NCBI GenBank assembly: GCA_963668315.1
Contig: OY764216.1
Coordinates: 608,001-672,000, forward strand
Direction: 5' to 3'
Source of the DNA: Spirochaetia bacterium
GTDB taxonomy: Bacteria; Spirochaetota; Spirochaetia; DSM-2461
DNA length: 64,000 bases
The position numbers and the translations under genes are program-made. This document shows, one piece after another, positions 46,891 to 55,704 of this stretch. Below the pieces are notes generated by a model. It saw only the letters and a program-made list of their open reading frames with translations, did not search any database and was not told the origin of the DNA. Positions within the stretch are counted from its first letter, which is position 1, and the number at the start of each line of letters is the position of its first letter.

Positions 46891-47460
46891 TCAGTCGATA
46901 GAGAAATTAAAGCCGCCGTTGCCAACGATATCAAAACCATCGTTATTGCCGGAACCGTATGAAACAAGGTAATATACCCCATACCCCAGCGATGATAAAT
47001 CAATCCATCCAAAACTATCAATGACATAATCCGTACCATCTATCGTTTTGACCGGAAAATAACCGCTTTCCGTTCCCAGATCAAACTTTCCGTCTCCATC
47101 TGAATCGACCCAGGCAATAACACAGCCAAGAGTCGAAGGATCGGAAGGCAGGCTTAGGTTATAGAATCCACTGCCGTCGGGAAGTGCCGTTCCAAGGGGA
47201 GAGAATTCAGCCGGAGGAGTCGTACTAAACTCACTTGCAACCACATCTTCATCCCCTGAATAACTGCTGGAAAACCAATAATCATCATGAAAGGTCCCAA
47301 TGACAACATCGGTTGTTGAAATATTGACTGTTCCCGTAATATTTCTGGCAGAAGCCGATGTTTCCTCATCATTTCCGCCGCCACCGCATGAAAACAGAAG
47401 GAGAACAGGCCAAAGGACAAAAAATAAGTTTATTCGATTCAAAATACAATCTCCTATCAT
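46891..47460 (-). CDS. Small acidic lipoprotein of unknown function
   Basis: Lipobox LLLFSC followed by GGGG; DSDGDGKFD resembles a Ca-binding DxDxDG loop. The true start may be TTG 47442 (AGGAGA upstream). Confidence 0.7.
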   Translation of the reverse strand: MIGDCILNRINLFFVLWPVLLLFSCGGGGNDEETSASARNITGTVNISTTDVVIGTFHDDYWFSSSYSGDEDVVASEFSTTPPAEFSPLGTALPDGSGFYNLSLPSDPSTLGCVIAWVDSDGDGKFDLGTESGYFPVKTIDGTDYVIDSFGWIDLSSLGYGVYYLVSYGSGNNDGFDIVGNGGFNFSID

Positions 47461-47557
47461 TTTTAGTTATTGATAAATAATTCTAAAATCACGAGCTTGA
47501 ATTTTCAAATAAAAACGGAAAAGAGTTAAAAAATACTTTCCTAATGAAGTAAACGCC

Positions 47558-48829
47558 CTAACTCTCCGGAAAAGGCATCTTCCCTTTGCGGTACAGGAAG
47601 GGTTCCGGATCCTCCAGGAAGGGTTCCAGGGCCTTCCAGCTCAGCTCCGTCTCATCGGCGCTGACAAACAGGGTTCTGTCCCCGTTTATCGCGTCGAGAA
47701 GAAGCTTCTGGTAGGCTTCGGGAATATCCTGCTCGTAGGACTGGCGCAGAGAGAAGTTCATCCGGCTTCGTCCGATCTCCAGATTGATGCCGGGGACCTT
47801 GCCGGCAACGTCCAGCATAATCCCTTCGTTCGGCTGAACCGTTATGATGATGCGGTTATGGGCAATTTCCGCCTTCCGGTTGAAAAGCAGGCGGGGGATA
47901 TTCTTGAAGGTCACCACAATCCGGGTTACCGTTCTGTCCGCCGCCTTGGCGGTTCTCATGATAATGGGGACGCCGGACCAGCGGAAATTCTCTATCCGGG
48001 CATTGATCTCGGCGGCCGTATCCGTGTAGGACTCGGGATCGACGCCGCTTTCCAGGCGGTATCCTTCGTACTGCCCCTTCCGGCAGCTGTCAATCCGCAG
48101 ACACTTGAGAATATCCACCTTCTGCCGGCTTATTTCTTCTGCATCCAGCGAGACGGGCGGCTCCATGGTCACCAGGCACAGAAGCTGCATCAAATGGTTC
48201 TGGATCATATCGCGCAGACTGCCCGCACTGTCGTAGTAGGCGGCCCTCTCCTCCAGCCCCAGCTCTTCGTACCCTTCAATCAGGATAGATTCCACATAGC
48301 GGTTGTTCCAGATCGCCTCGAAAATGGTATTAGCAAACCGGAAGACCATGATATTCTGCACCGTTTCCTTGGCAAGGTAATGGTCGTTGCGGTATATCTG
48401 CTCTTCCTTGAAGGACTGGGTCAGTTCCCTGTTCAAAGTAGACGCGGTATCCAGATTACGGCCGAAGGGTTTCTCGATAACGATGACCGCTTCCTCTCCG
48501 AAACCTTCCCTGGCCAGAACAGCCGCAGTGGAACTGTAGGCCTTGGGGGGAATGGCCAGAAAACAGATGACCCGGTCAAAGGTGCCCAGGCTGTCGAGAT
48601 AGAGTTTTATCCCTTCCAGTCCCTGATGATAGTAGAGCCGCTCGTTAAACTCGCAGTCCGTATCAAACTGAGAACGGAATTCCTCCCGGGTCAGAGCCCC
48701 ACGTCCCGATCCTATGATCAATGTTTCATGATCTATCATTTGCTTGCAATATAAATAATTGAGGGCGGGTATCAGCTTTCTGTGTGAAAGATCCCCCGTG
48801 GCCCCCGCGATAATAATGGCACTTTTCAT
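47558..48829 (-). CDS. zwf: Glucose-6-phosphate 1-dehydrogenase, short form (423 aa)
   Basis: GATGDLSHRKLIPAL, IEKPFG, RNDHYLAKETVQN, RDMIQNHLMQ, RWSGVP, AYQKLLLDAINGD. Confidence 0.92.
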   Translation of the reverse strand: MKSAIIIAGATGDLSHRKLIPALNYLYCKQMIDHETLIIGSGRGALTREEFRSQFDTDCEFNERLYYHQGLEGIKLYLDSLGTFDRVICFLAIPPKAYSSTAAVLAREGFGEEAVIVIEKPFGRNLDTASTLNRELTQSFKEEQIYRNDHYLAKETVQNIMVFRFANTIFEAIWNNRYVESILIEGYEELGLEERAAYYDSAGSLRDMIQNHLMQLLCLVTMEPPVSLDAEEISRQKVDILKCLRIDSCRKGQYEGYRLESGVDPESYTDTAAEINARIENFRWSGVPIIMRTAKAADRTVTRIVVTFKNIPRLLFNRKAEIAHNRIIITVQPNEGIMLDVAGKVPGINLEIGRSRMNFSLRQSYEQDIPEAYQKLLLDAINGDRTLFVSADETELSWKALEPFLEDPEPFLYRKGKMPFPES

Positions 48830-49170
48830 GTCAGTATACCCCTTTACCCCAAAGATAATGCCCGAAGGCAGGCAGGTCAAGAAGGATTTCCGAACATTCC
48901 TGCGATAATACGTCTGTGGATGACCGGGAAGAAATAAGAAACTCCCTCAATGAACGGATTGACCGCAGAAAAAACGCCCCTTTAAGAAAACGTCCCCCTT
49001 GGAAGTTTATCTGGAAGCTTTCCATCTGATAGCGGTCGAGACCCTCTGCTAACACACGAAGACGGGAAATCTCCGGTTCGCACAGATAATCACATGGGAC
49101 GTCGCCGACTATGTACGCCAGGACTGTTCCTCCGCGGTTTCCGAATTAATCTTTTTTTTATCCCAAAAGA

Positions 49171-49226
49171 TTGACAGGGAATTATTTTAGCGCTATATTT
49201 CTAGTGTACTAGCCATGTAATACACT
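49171..49226 (+). promoter_or_regulatory. Sigma70 promoter with YtrA-type GntR operator
   Basis: TTGACA-N17-TATATT, then the palindrome AGTGTACTAGCCATGTAATACACT over the expected +1. Confidence 0.8.
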
Positions 49227-49254
49227 CAAACACAAGAGACTTCAGGAGTGAATT

Positions 49255-49941
49255 ATGAATCGTTATAAAAAAAACGGACGGATAATAGGGTTTCTCTTAC
49301 TTTCAACCTGCCTGACCTATATCGCGGGGACGGCCATTATTTCCGATATCCTCACCGCCACCCATCCCCTGACAAGCGTTTTCAAGGAGAGCCGTCTATT
49401 CGCCGGGGGAATTCTGCTCGTGTTCTCCTGCGCCGTGGGCATTGCGGGAATTCCCCTGTGCCTCTCTCCGCTGATCAGTAAAAAGTTCCGGCACCTGAAT
49501 CTTGCCTATTTCGGTGCGCGGCTCTGGGAAGGCGGAGCGATAACTCTTTATTCCATAGCCCTGATGATCATGATTCCCCTCAGCAGGAAATACTCCCTTC
49601 AAGTCGCGGATGTCATGGCGGAACCGGAGGCGCTGGTCAGCTTCATCGCCGGATTCTATCGGGTAATCAACGACGTCTGGATTCCCCTGTTCCTGGGCAT
49701 GGGCGGCATATTCTTCAACTATATCCTGCTCAGGGAACGCTTCGTGCCCGCCCTGTTCGCGATATGGGGAGTAATCGCCTATCCCCTTTGCCTGGCGGGC
49801 GGCCTTTTCGAAGCCTTCGGAATATCCGTCGGTACATGGCTGGCCATCCCCACGGCGGCCTATGAATTCATTTTTTCCGTCTATCTGCTGATTTTCGGAT
49901 TCGCCGATTTAAACACTAAAGATAAAAGGAGAATAGCATGA
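49255..49941 (+). CDS. Multi-pass membrane protein (DUF4386-like)
   Basis: About 6 TMs; AYFGARLWEG, VPALFAIWGVIAY, YEFIFSVYLLIFGF. Confidence 0.65.
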   Translation: MNRYKKNGRIIGFLLLSTCLTYIAGTAIISDILTATHPLTSVFKESRLFAGGILLVFSCAVGIAGIPLCLSPLISKKFRHLNLAYFGARLWEGGAITLYSIALMIMIPLSRKYSLQVADVMAEPEALVSFIAGFYRVINDVWIPLFLGMGGIFFNYILLRERFVPALFAIWGVIAYPLCLAGGLFEAFGISVGTWLAIPTAAYEFIFSVYLLIFGFADLNTKDKRRIA

Positions 49942-50783
49942 TACGCTTGCAAAATCTGAACTTTCAGTACGGCAGACGCCCTCTTTTTGAAGATCTGAAT
50001 CTGTCCCTTGAGGGAGGCAATATCTACGGCCTTCTGGGGCTGAACGGAGCGGGAAAAACCACCCTGCTAAAAATTATCTCCGGGCAGCTCTACAGAAAAG
50101 GGGGACAGGCGGATATCCTGGGATTTGACCCGGGGAAACGCCTGCCCGATATGCTCCGGGAGATTTTCTATCTGCCCGAGGAATTCTATCTGCCCCCCAC
50201 CACTGCCGAGATTTACCTGAAGCTCAACACGGTCTATTATCCCCGCTTCAGCCTTGAGGATTTCAACCGCTACGCCGATACATTCCAGCTCGACCTATCA
50301 CAAAAGATCAGCAATTATTCCTTCGGACAGAAAAAGAAATTCCTCCTGGCCTTCGGGCTGGCGTCCGGCACAAGCCTGCTGATTCTGGACGAACCGACCA
50401 ACGGGCTGGACATTCCCTCCAAAAGCCAGTTCCGCAAAACCGTCGCCTCCGCTCTGACGCCGGAAAGGAGTTTCCTTATCTCCACCCACCAGGTACGGGA
50501 TATGGATAGCCTCATCGATCCTCTCATCATTCTGCACGAGGGCAAAATCATCCTGAACAACACCCTGGAAGAGACGGCGTCGAAGATTGCAATGGACCGG
50601 GTGACCACAGAACCGGGCCCGGCGGAAAACCTGCTCTACTCGGAAAAAGTTCCCGGCGGATGGCATGTCATAAGGGCCGCTTCCCCCGGGGAAGAATCCG
50701 CCCTGGACCTGGAAGTCCTGTTCAACGGCATAATCTCTTCACCGGACCGGATAGGCTCACTCATAAAAGGAGGCAAACTGTGA
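49938..50783 (+). CDS. ABC exporter ATP-binding protein (YtrB-like)
   Basis: Walker A GLNGAGKTT, signature YSFGQKK, Walker B LILDEPTNGLD, STH. Confidence 0.93.
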   Translation: MIRLQNLNFQYGRRPLFEDLNLSLEGGNIYGLLGLNGAGKTTLLKIISGQLYRKGGQADILGFDPGKRLPDMLREIFYLPEEFYLPPTTAEIYLKLNTVYYPRFSLEDFNRYADTFQLDLSQKISNYSFGQKKKFLLAFGLASGTSLLILDEPTNGLDIPSKSQFRKTVASALTPERSFLISTHQVRDMDSLIDPLIILHEGKIILNNTLEETASKIAMDRVTTEPGPAENLLYSEKVPGGWHVIRAASPGEESALDLEVLFNGIISSPDRIGSLIKGGKL

Positions 50784-51598
50784 AAAACATCTATTACCTG
50801 CTGCGCCAGGAATTTTACGATCAGAAAAAGCGCATCATTGTACTGGCTGCGGTGATATTTCTCATCTTTCTGTGCTCCCGTTTCCTGCAGGAATTCGTTC
50901 ACCGTTTCGGAGGATATATCGATTACGACTATCAGGAAGGGATAGGCGGCTATCTGTTCGCGGCGGGTTTTATCTTCACCAGTATTTGCTTCTCCCGATC
51001 CATGCACAGTAAGCGGGGCCAGCACGCCTGGTTGATGCTCCCCGTTCACGCCCATGAGAAACTGATCGCCAAGATCATATCCTATTCCCTGCTCTATCCC
51101 CTGGGTCTGATCGTTTTTACCTTTATCTCCTCTCTGGTTAATGAAGGGATCATGAGGATAATCTGGCATCACTCGGTACCATTGTTCAATCTATTCGATC
51201 CGATGATCTGGGAGATGACGGGCCATTACATCGTAATGTCGTCTCTTTTCCTGATGGGAGCGGCCTACTTCCGAAGCGCCCATCTCATTAAAACGGTTCT
51301 CGCCGTATTGGCCTTCTCCGTCAGTCTGACGATTATCCTGGGGTTGGTGACAAGAATCGCTTACGCCCCTTTCTTTCATGATTTTATGTTCAGCGATACA
51401 TCGAAGGCATCTTCCGGGCTGTATTTCGGGAATATCCACGTGGATGAAAATCTGCTTTTTTCCCAATTTAACTGCGATCGATGGACAAAAATCGGAAGCG
51501 TGATTGTTAAATCAGTATACTGGGGACTTCTCGCTCCTCTCTTCTGGACGGTAACCTACTTCAGAATACGGGAAATCGAGGCGAAAGATGCAGTATGA
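50780..51598 (+). CDS. ABC exporter permease
   Basis: GTG overlaps the ATPase stop (GTGA) with RBS AGGAGG; about 6 TMs; LMLPVHAHEK motif. Confidence 0.8.
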   Translation: MKNIYYLLRQEFYDQKKRIIVLAAVIFLIFLCSRFLQEFVHRFGGYIDYDYQEGIGGYLFAAGFIFTSICFSRSMHSKRGQHAWLMLPVHAHEKLIAKIISYSLLYPLGLIVFTFISSLVNEGIMRIIWHHSVPLFNLFDPMIWEMTGHYIVMSSLFLMGAAYFRSAHLIKTVLAVLAFSVSLTIILGLVTRIAYAPFFHDFMFSDTSKASSGLYFGNIHVDENLLFSQFNCDRWTKIGSVIVKSVYWGLLAPLFWTVTYFRIREIEAKDAV

Positions 51599-51971
51599 GA
51601 AACGCCCCATTTATATTCAAATCGCCGAATATCTTTACGAAATGATACTTGGCGGCGATTGGCCCGACGGAGAGAGGATTCCCTCGATTCGGGAAATGGC
51701 CGGCCAGATGGAGGTCAATCCCAATACCATGACCAGAACTTACGGGCTCCTTCAGGAACAGGGAGTGATCTACAACAAACGGGGAATCGGTTATTTCGCC
51801 GCCTCCGACGCCCGGGCCATGACAGCCCGGCTAAAGAGAGAGGAATTCCTGCGCTCGGAACTTCCCGACTTATTTAAAAAGATGGAAACACTGCAAATAG
51901 GAAAAGATGAATTAGTCAGGCTTTTTGAAGAGTACTTAAGCCGTAAAGGAGAGAAGGATGAAAACAAGTAA
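51588..51971 (+). CDS. GntR-family regulator, YtrA subfamily
   Basis: PIYIQIAE, IPSIREMAGQMEVNPNTM, RGIGYF; 127 aa. Confidence 0.93.
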   Translation: MQYEKRPIYIQIAEYLYEMILGGDWPDGERIPSIREMAGQMEVNPNTMTRTYGLLQEQGVIYNKRGIGYFAASDARAMTARLKREEFLRSELPDLFKKMETLQIGKDELVRLFEEYLSRKGEKDENK

Positions 51972-52092
51972 CAAGATACTGATCATAGCCTATGCCCTGG
52001 TGATAATAACCCTGTCAGCTATGGTATTTGTGACGAGGCCTCTGGTGGAGCGGGCGATTATCGGGTCGGAGAATTCTTACCTGGTCAGATAG
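51958..52092 (+). CDS. Small single-TM protein (44 aa), below the ORF-track cutoff
   Basis: MKTSNKILIIAYALVIITLSAMVFVTRPLVERAIIGSENSYLVR; RBS AAGGAG; overlaps the gntR stop. Confidence 0.6.
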   Translation: MKTSNKILIIAYALVIITLSAMVFVTRPLVERAIIGSENSYLVR

Positions 52093-52137
52093 GGAATCGT
52101 CCCGGCCGCCTCTGCCGGTCGGGACGAATTTAAGGGA

Positions 52138-53016
52138 TTAGGTATTTTCCCGTATGTACCCGGCGATCTGGTCGGCGCCGTTTGTCCGGAAGGTAAAATC
52201 CCCGTTATGCTCAATACGCCAGGAAGTATCCTCCGCGTTGCGGCCGAAGGAGAGGAATTTCGACCGAATCCCGAAATACCTGGCTTCATAAAACGTACAA
52301 TATCCGGCGCCGCTGATAAGAAGATCAATCGCCCCCGCATAATCGACGAGCGGAAAAAGCCCCTTTTTTCTACGATTCGTACTAAGGAGTACTTTGTATT
52401 CGTCAAGACTCTCCCTGTGCTCTGATAGGAGTTTTTCCAGTTCCCCAAGATAACCGTTTTGGGAAACAACGGCCAGCTTCTGCCCGTCCGGGACATCAAG
52501 CAGCGCCCTGGCCCGGGCGGGAGAAAAGATTTCATCCCTGTTGCGAATCACGACGGGGTTGATATTTTCACAGCCATCCACAACAAAGCCCGGTTCGATG
52601 GAAAAACACTTGTCGTACTGACCGGGTTCGAAGTGAAGGGTGTCCCAGGCCGACAGGGGCACATGAAACCAGGGCTCCCCCATCTGGCTGATCAGAAAGA
52701 TCTTTTGGGCCCGGAAGTCATCGAGTATTCCATAAAGGGGCAGCCAGATGGAAAAAACAATGATCACGTCGGGAGCCACCGATTCTATGGCCCGGTACAG
52801 CTCCGTCCCCCGATCGTCCCGGAATAATTTCTCCGGCTCTATCTTCACCTTGATATGCTTATGAAAGGGCTCGATAAGGGAGGAGAAAGCGTTATCCGTA
52901 ATGGCGGTATACTCCACATCGACGCCGCACCGCTTGAGGCCGTTAAAAAGGGAAGTTCCCAGAACGAGCCCGCCGCTCCCCTTTCCGAAATTGATATAGG
53001 CGATTTTAAGAGGCAT
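52138..53016 (-). CDS. GT-B fold glycosyltransferase-like protein
   Basis: N-terminal KIAYINFGKGSGG, APDVIIV; C-terminal DLLISGAGYCTFYEA. Start set at ATG 53016, overlapping the upstream gene by 11 bp. Confidence 0.65.
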   Translation of the reverse strand: MPLKIAYINFGKGSGGLVLGTSLFNGLKRCGVDVEYTAITDNAFSSLIEPFHKHIKVKIEPEKLFRDDRGTELYRAIESVAPDVIIVFSIWLPLYGILDDFRAQKIFLISQMGEPWFHVPLSAWDTLHFEPGQYDKCFSIEPGFVVDGCENINPVVIRNRDEIFSPARARALLDVPDGQKLAVVSQNGYLGELEKLLSEHRESLDEYKVLLSTNRRKKGLFPLVDYAGAIDLLISGAGYCTFYEARYFGIRSKFLSFGRNAEDTSWRIEHNGDFTFRTNGADQIAGYIRENT

Positions 53017-54343
53017 TGTACCAGTAATAAAAGCAGTAGTGGTTGCTGGAATCGGCTTCCTCTTCCCAGTTTTCCAGTCCGTCCCTGGTAGATTTAAGGG
53101 CGACGAGCCTGTTGTTGCCGATATCCTCGATGATGAGCCGATTGTCCGGAAGGATGGCCACAAGCCTGGGATGGTTAAACTCCATGGTTCCGCTGCCTCC
53201 GGTTCCGCGGTTTATGCGATTGTCCCCCCCAAGATCAAATCGGGCGATCCTGTTGTTTGAATCGCTTATTTTTATGGCATCGCCAGGGTTGGGAAGGTCG
53301 CCAGAATCGCTTACATATACAAAACCGTTCACCGAATCGACAAGAATGGAGCTTGGCATATCAAAGCTGTTCTCCCCCGCCACTTCAGAAAAAATGACAC
53401 CCCCCCAATCGGATCTCATACTGCCGTCGAAATCCCCGATGACCGAGAGGGAAGAATCATGAGTGCGACCTTCATCACAGGATGAAATGAGACTTCCTCC
53501 GCCGGGCAGAATAGCAATGCCGTTGTTTGAACTGTATTTATAATCATCCTGATCACGAACAAAAGTGACGATACAATCTTCGAAACTTTTTATATCGGAC
53601 ATTTTGACAAGCCGCACATACTCAGATGCATTCATCTCAAGAGAAATCTCGGCAATAAGAATCTCTCCGGAATCGGTCAGGGCCAGTTGGCTGGGGAAGA
53701 TGATTTTGTCGGAACACGCTCCCCCGCATGTCAGGACTTGATCAGTCAGGGGGGTAATGATCGTCTCCGGATCTTCCAGGTCGGATAGGCGGATAATACG
53801 GGAACTATCAACATAACCCGAAGTATCGCAGATAGAATCGAGGATATAGATGTACCCGTTATCATAGTCGACGTCAACCCAGTTTACATAACCAAGGTCG
53901 ACGGTTCCATTTTTTCCGGGAACCGATTCTATATAGCCCTTATTATCCCCCGCCATATTATCCATATACACAATGCGCTTATTCAACATATCGGGAAAGA
54001 TAATTTTCGGTTCGATCCTAATCGTAACGCTCTCATCGTCTCCGGTCAGGCTAAGGCTTTCTTCCCCTGAAAGGAAAAATTTCTTATCCGCCCGGATGGT
54101 CAGATTCCCATTCTCCGAATAGGCCATGGTATAAACACCGTCTCCATCGGTGGTACCGAAAGTTACGCCGCCAACCGACAGCTCGACACCGGATACGGGA
54201 TTATCCCCGCTTAACACCTGGACGGTCAGACGGGGGCCTGTTGAAGAAGCCGGCGAGGTGTCACCCCCTCCCATGGAGCAGCTGTAAAGAATCCCGGCCG
54301 CACATAAAGCGCATAGCAGAATAGTAGAAAGATTTCTCGTCAT
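53006..54343 (-). CDS. Lipoprotein with Ig-like N-terminal domain and NHL-like beta-propeller
   Basis: Lipobox ILYSC; TTDGDGVY prealbumin-like segment; FDMPSSILVD..VYVSD...NNRI and FNHP...IEDIGNNRL; RBS AGGAGA before ATG 54343. Confidence 0.75.
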   Translation of the reverse strand: MTRNLSTILLCALCAAGILYSCSMGGGDTSPASSTGPRLTVQVLSGDNPVSGVELSVGGVTFGTTDGDGVYTMAYSENGNLTIRADKKFFLSGEESLSLTGDDESVTIRIEPKIIFPDMLNKRIVYMDNMAGDNKGYIESVPGKNGTVDLGYVNWVDVDYDNGYIYILDSICDTSGYVDSSRIIRLSDLEDPETIITPLTDQVLTCGGACSDKIIFPSQLALTDSGEILIAEISLEMNASEYVRLVKMSDIKSFEDCIVTFVRDQDDYKYSSNNGIAILPGGGSLISSCDEGRTHDSSLSVIGDFDGSMRSDWGGVIFSEVAGENSFDMPSSILVDSVNGFVYVSDSGDLPNPGDAIKISDSNNRIARFDLGGDNRINRGTGGSGTMEFNHPRLVAILPDNRLIIEDIGNNRLVALKSTRDGLENWEEEADSSNHYCFYYWYNAS

Positions 54344-54429
54344 GTAATTTCTCCTGTGCTTGGCAGGCCTCACCTCATTGGATAAGGTTTAAGCACGGGG
54401 TACAATTTAGCGGGAAGAGGGTATTTATT

Positions 54430-54458
54430 CGTTCAGGAATGCATTCCTGAACCTTTTT
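54430..54458 (-). promoter_or_regulatory. Palindromic operator-like motif, copy 2
   Basis: Perfect 22-bp palindrome GTTCAGGAATGCATTCCTGAAC (54431-54452) between the AraC stop and the lipoprotein start. Confidence 0.65.
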
Positions 54459-54467
54459 TTGAAGATT

Positions 54468-55538
54468 TTAGGAAGATTCCCCTTTTCTGTACTCCCGGGG
54501 GGTCATACCAAACCGGTCCTTGAAATGGGTATTGAAGGAACTTTTGGAATTGAAACCGGTATAGAAAGCCACTTCTATAATATTCATGGCCTGATTTTCC
54601 GCAAGGACCGTTTTCGCTTCCTCAAGGCGGCAGGTATTGATAAGGGACTTGAAATTCATCTCATACCGGTGATTCACCATCCATGAGAGCTGATTCGCCG
54701 TGATGCCTATCATGTCGGCCACCTGCGTAACCGATAGCCCCGGCCGGGAGTATATCCTGTCCTTTTCCAGCAATTTCCGCAATTTCCTTTCCGCTTCATT
54801 GAGCCAGAGCGGATTTTCAACCTTTTCCTTGGGCGTATCCGCCGGAGGGGCCAGGATAAGCTGGGTTTCCTTCGGATACCTGTAAGTAAAAAGAATTGAG
54901 GCGAATCCGAAAACACCATAGGCCCCGATAGCGACGGTGACCAGAGCGTCGGACCGAATGAAATGGCTGAGCAGCATCAGGGATGAACCGAAGAGAAACA
55001 GGATAGAAAGGGCGAAGATGACAAGGATGTAGTTGTTTCTCCTCCCTCTCAAGGCCCCCTTCTTCAAAAGGAAGATAAAGAGAGTGACGGCGCATAGGGA
55101 AAAATAATAATCCGACAGGGAATTAATGAACTTCAGCCGGGGAGGAAGACTGAGATAGGGATTGAAGCTCTCTTCCCCTCCGGCCGGAACCACGGGATAC
55201 AGGCCGTTAAGCAGAACGATGAGCAAGAATACGATGATGAACTGAATAAAAACGGGAACGATATAGTTGACTTTCTTCTCCATGAATCCGGAGATCATGG
55301 CAAAATAGAGGAAAAGGAGCGGTCCGATGAAAAAGGGAATGGCCGTATCCGTACCCAAGAGCAGACTGGGAAGAACCGATAGGTTGTACATCCAGATATA
55401 AATCATGAAATAGGCCAGGGAAAAATACATGCAGCACATGATATAATTAAAATAGGTCTTGTTCTTATAGACCAGCTGTATCAATCCGGCCAGGAAGAGA
55501 CAAAGACCGGTGGCAAACAATAAAAACAAAACAATCAC
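54468..55538 (-). CDS. Polytopic membrane (about 7 TM) AraC-family regulator
   Basis: Hydrophobic N-terminal two thirds; C-terminal QLSWMVNH..NFKSLINTCRLEEAK..IIEVAFYTGFNSKSSFNTHFK..GMTPREYR. Confidence 0.9.
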   Translation of the reverse strand: MIVLFLLFATGLCLFLAGLIQLVYKNKTYFNYIMCCMYFSLAYFMIYIWMYNLSVLPSLLLGTDTAIPFFIGPLLFLYFAMISGFMEKKVNYIVPVFIQFIIVFLLIVLLNGLYPVVPAGGEESFNPYLSLPPRLKFINSLSDYYFSLCAVTLFIFLLKKGALRGRRNNYILVIFALSILFLFGSSLMLLSHFIRSDALVTVAIGAYGVFGFASILFTYRYPKETQLILAPPADTPKEKVENPLWLNEAERKLRKLLEKDRIYSRPGLSVTQVADMIGITANQLSWMVNHRYEMNFKSLINTCRLEEAKTVLAENQAMNIIEVAFYTGFNSKSSFNTHFKDRFGMTPREYRKGESS

Positions 55539-55704
55539 GATAATTCAAGCTCCGGGAATACATAATATACTATCTTCCCACCATGTTCCAAGGGCCGGAC
55601 CCAGGCGAGACTATTTATGCGGTCTGGATTATGAATTTATGGACCATTATGGGCCGCTGTAATCTTTTCTGGTTATATAATAAAACCTGATATAGAATAG
55701 GAGC

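Noticed and set aside
53017..53163. Extended start of the GT-like ORF
   Set aside because: Overlaps the lipoprotein in another frame; the fold-like sequence begins at MPLKIAY.
54431..54460. 22-bp palindrome as a simple terminator
   Set aside because: The T-run is on the plus strand while both flanking genes are on the minus strand, and the second copy has pairing-breaking changes. Not fully excluded.
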